Origin: Priapulus caudatus
Taxonomy: Eukaryota
DNA: 36,032 nucleotides
Direction: 5' to 3'
NCBI RefSeq assembly: GCF_000485595.1
Contig: NW_014577066.1
Span: forward strand, 1,150,637 to 1,186,668
Program-made: the position numbers and the translations under genes
Shown here: positions 35,301-36,032 of the stretch, in pieces
Numbering within the stretch: the stretch's first letter is position 1
Layout: each line of letters opens with the position of its first letter
The notes under the pieces: generated by a model
What the model was told of the DNA's origin: nothing
The model's database searches: none
The model's input: the letters and a program-made list of their open reading frames with translations, nothing else

Positions 35301-35644
35301 TTGTCTCAAAATTAGAAAATTGCTTACTATAGGCCACATTTTCTTGGACAAGTACAGATTTTCACTTTGCACCAGAATTTGTGAACTTTTGACCTCTGTT
35401 GCCCTTATTTGCATATTAATTTGCATAATTAACATGCAGAATTATAGAAGACTTAAATAGAAACATTTTGAGGTATAGTTTGTTGTTCTATAATTTATAT
35501 ATACGGAGATAGATCAATTTAAGTTTTCCCTACCCATTAAGCATACAACCAGAGGAGCGGAAAATGGACGTAGCTTATGACGTCATTTTCTCGGTTACTG
35601 CCGGGGTAGCAAAAGTCTACCCAGACTTTTTTGATATGTCCAAT
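32350..35644 (-). mobile_element. Academ (AcademX-type) DNA transposon, decayed, with long TIRs
   Basis: 72-bp perfect inverted repeat (32350-32421 / 35573-35644) continuing imperfectly for at least ~200 bp more, enclosing transposase fragments. Confidence 0.8.
32940..35122 (-). pseudogene. C-terminal part of an Academ-type transposase with XPG/FEN-like nuclease and Cys-rich tail, frameshifted
   Basis: Motifs GDWDLHL...AFDSTNYLRW..YLEDM, ADMALEQTINRSQK...GIIG, KPVKSALVQELE, EEADARIIPH, SSDTDV, HTLTGCD, LPLT..AIQQHILRAYY and terminal CxC motifs, with several stops and frameshifts. Starts after a candidate AG acceptor at 35123-35124. Confidence 0.8.
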
Positions 35645-35924
35645 GGTATAGTTCAAAGATATGAAGACAAATTTAGGGGACATCTTATGCACACGGGAAC
35701 CCCCTCGACTATATGGCAGTCCTATATGGCAGTCCTAGGCCACGGTAGGTACATTGTGGGCTATGGCAGCAATAGGCCACTGTGAAAAACATTTCAATTT
35801 TGTTTTAATTTATTTTCATTTTCATTTTATTTTATTTGAAATTCATTATGATTTGATTTGATTGTTAGTTGAAAGTCGTTTTAATTTGAAAAAAGTGCAA
35901 TTTTTCCTTATTAATCCATTGGCT

Positions 35925-36032
35925 GAGGGGGTTCCCGTGTGCATAAGATGTCCCCTAAATTTTTTTTCATATCTTTGAACTATACAATTGGACATATCAA
36001 AAAAGTCTGGGTAGACTTTTGCTACCCCGGCA
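35925..36032 (+). mobile_element. Start of another copy of the Academ-type terminal repeat
   Basis: Reverse complement of 35599-35706 with few mismatches, running off the window end. Confidence 0.8.

Overview
Repeat-rich animal (probably invertebrate bilaterian) draft-scaffold window with several N gaps. Two host genes are recognisable. One is a Vax homeobox gene on the + strand (exon 10573-10760 spliced to 15707-15910; the first exon was not found). The other is the last coding exon of a BK-channel beta-subunit (KCNMB/Slo-beta)-like gene on the - strand (5368-5712). The right half is mostly decayed transposons: an internally deleted Gypsy LTR retrotransposon (about 21775-28228, - strand) with a foreign insert in its 3' region, a probable solo LTR, a hAT remnant and a long-TIR Academ(X)-type DNA transposon with a decayed transposase. 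Three large duplications (3303-4070 and 4096-5300 vs 1-1625; about 11385-13478 vs 15555-17627) are indel-ridden and abut gaps, so they are probably noisy long-read gap-fill artefacts. The best small-scale signal is two tiny CA...TG terminal-inverted structures with 8-bp and 7-bp target duplications that look like P-superfamily excision scars, one of which encloses a piece of Gypsy gag. Also notable are an oriented set of CTCF-like motifs bracketing Vax and a perfect 9x21-bp array upstream of the Vax homeobox exon. I cannot claim a new biological system from sequence alone, and all family assignments are from motif recognition without database searches.
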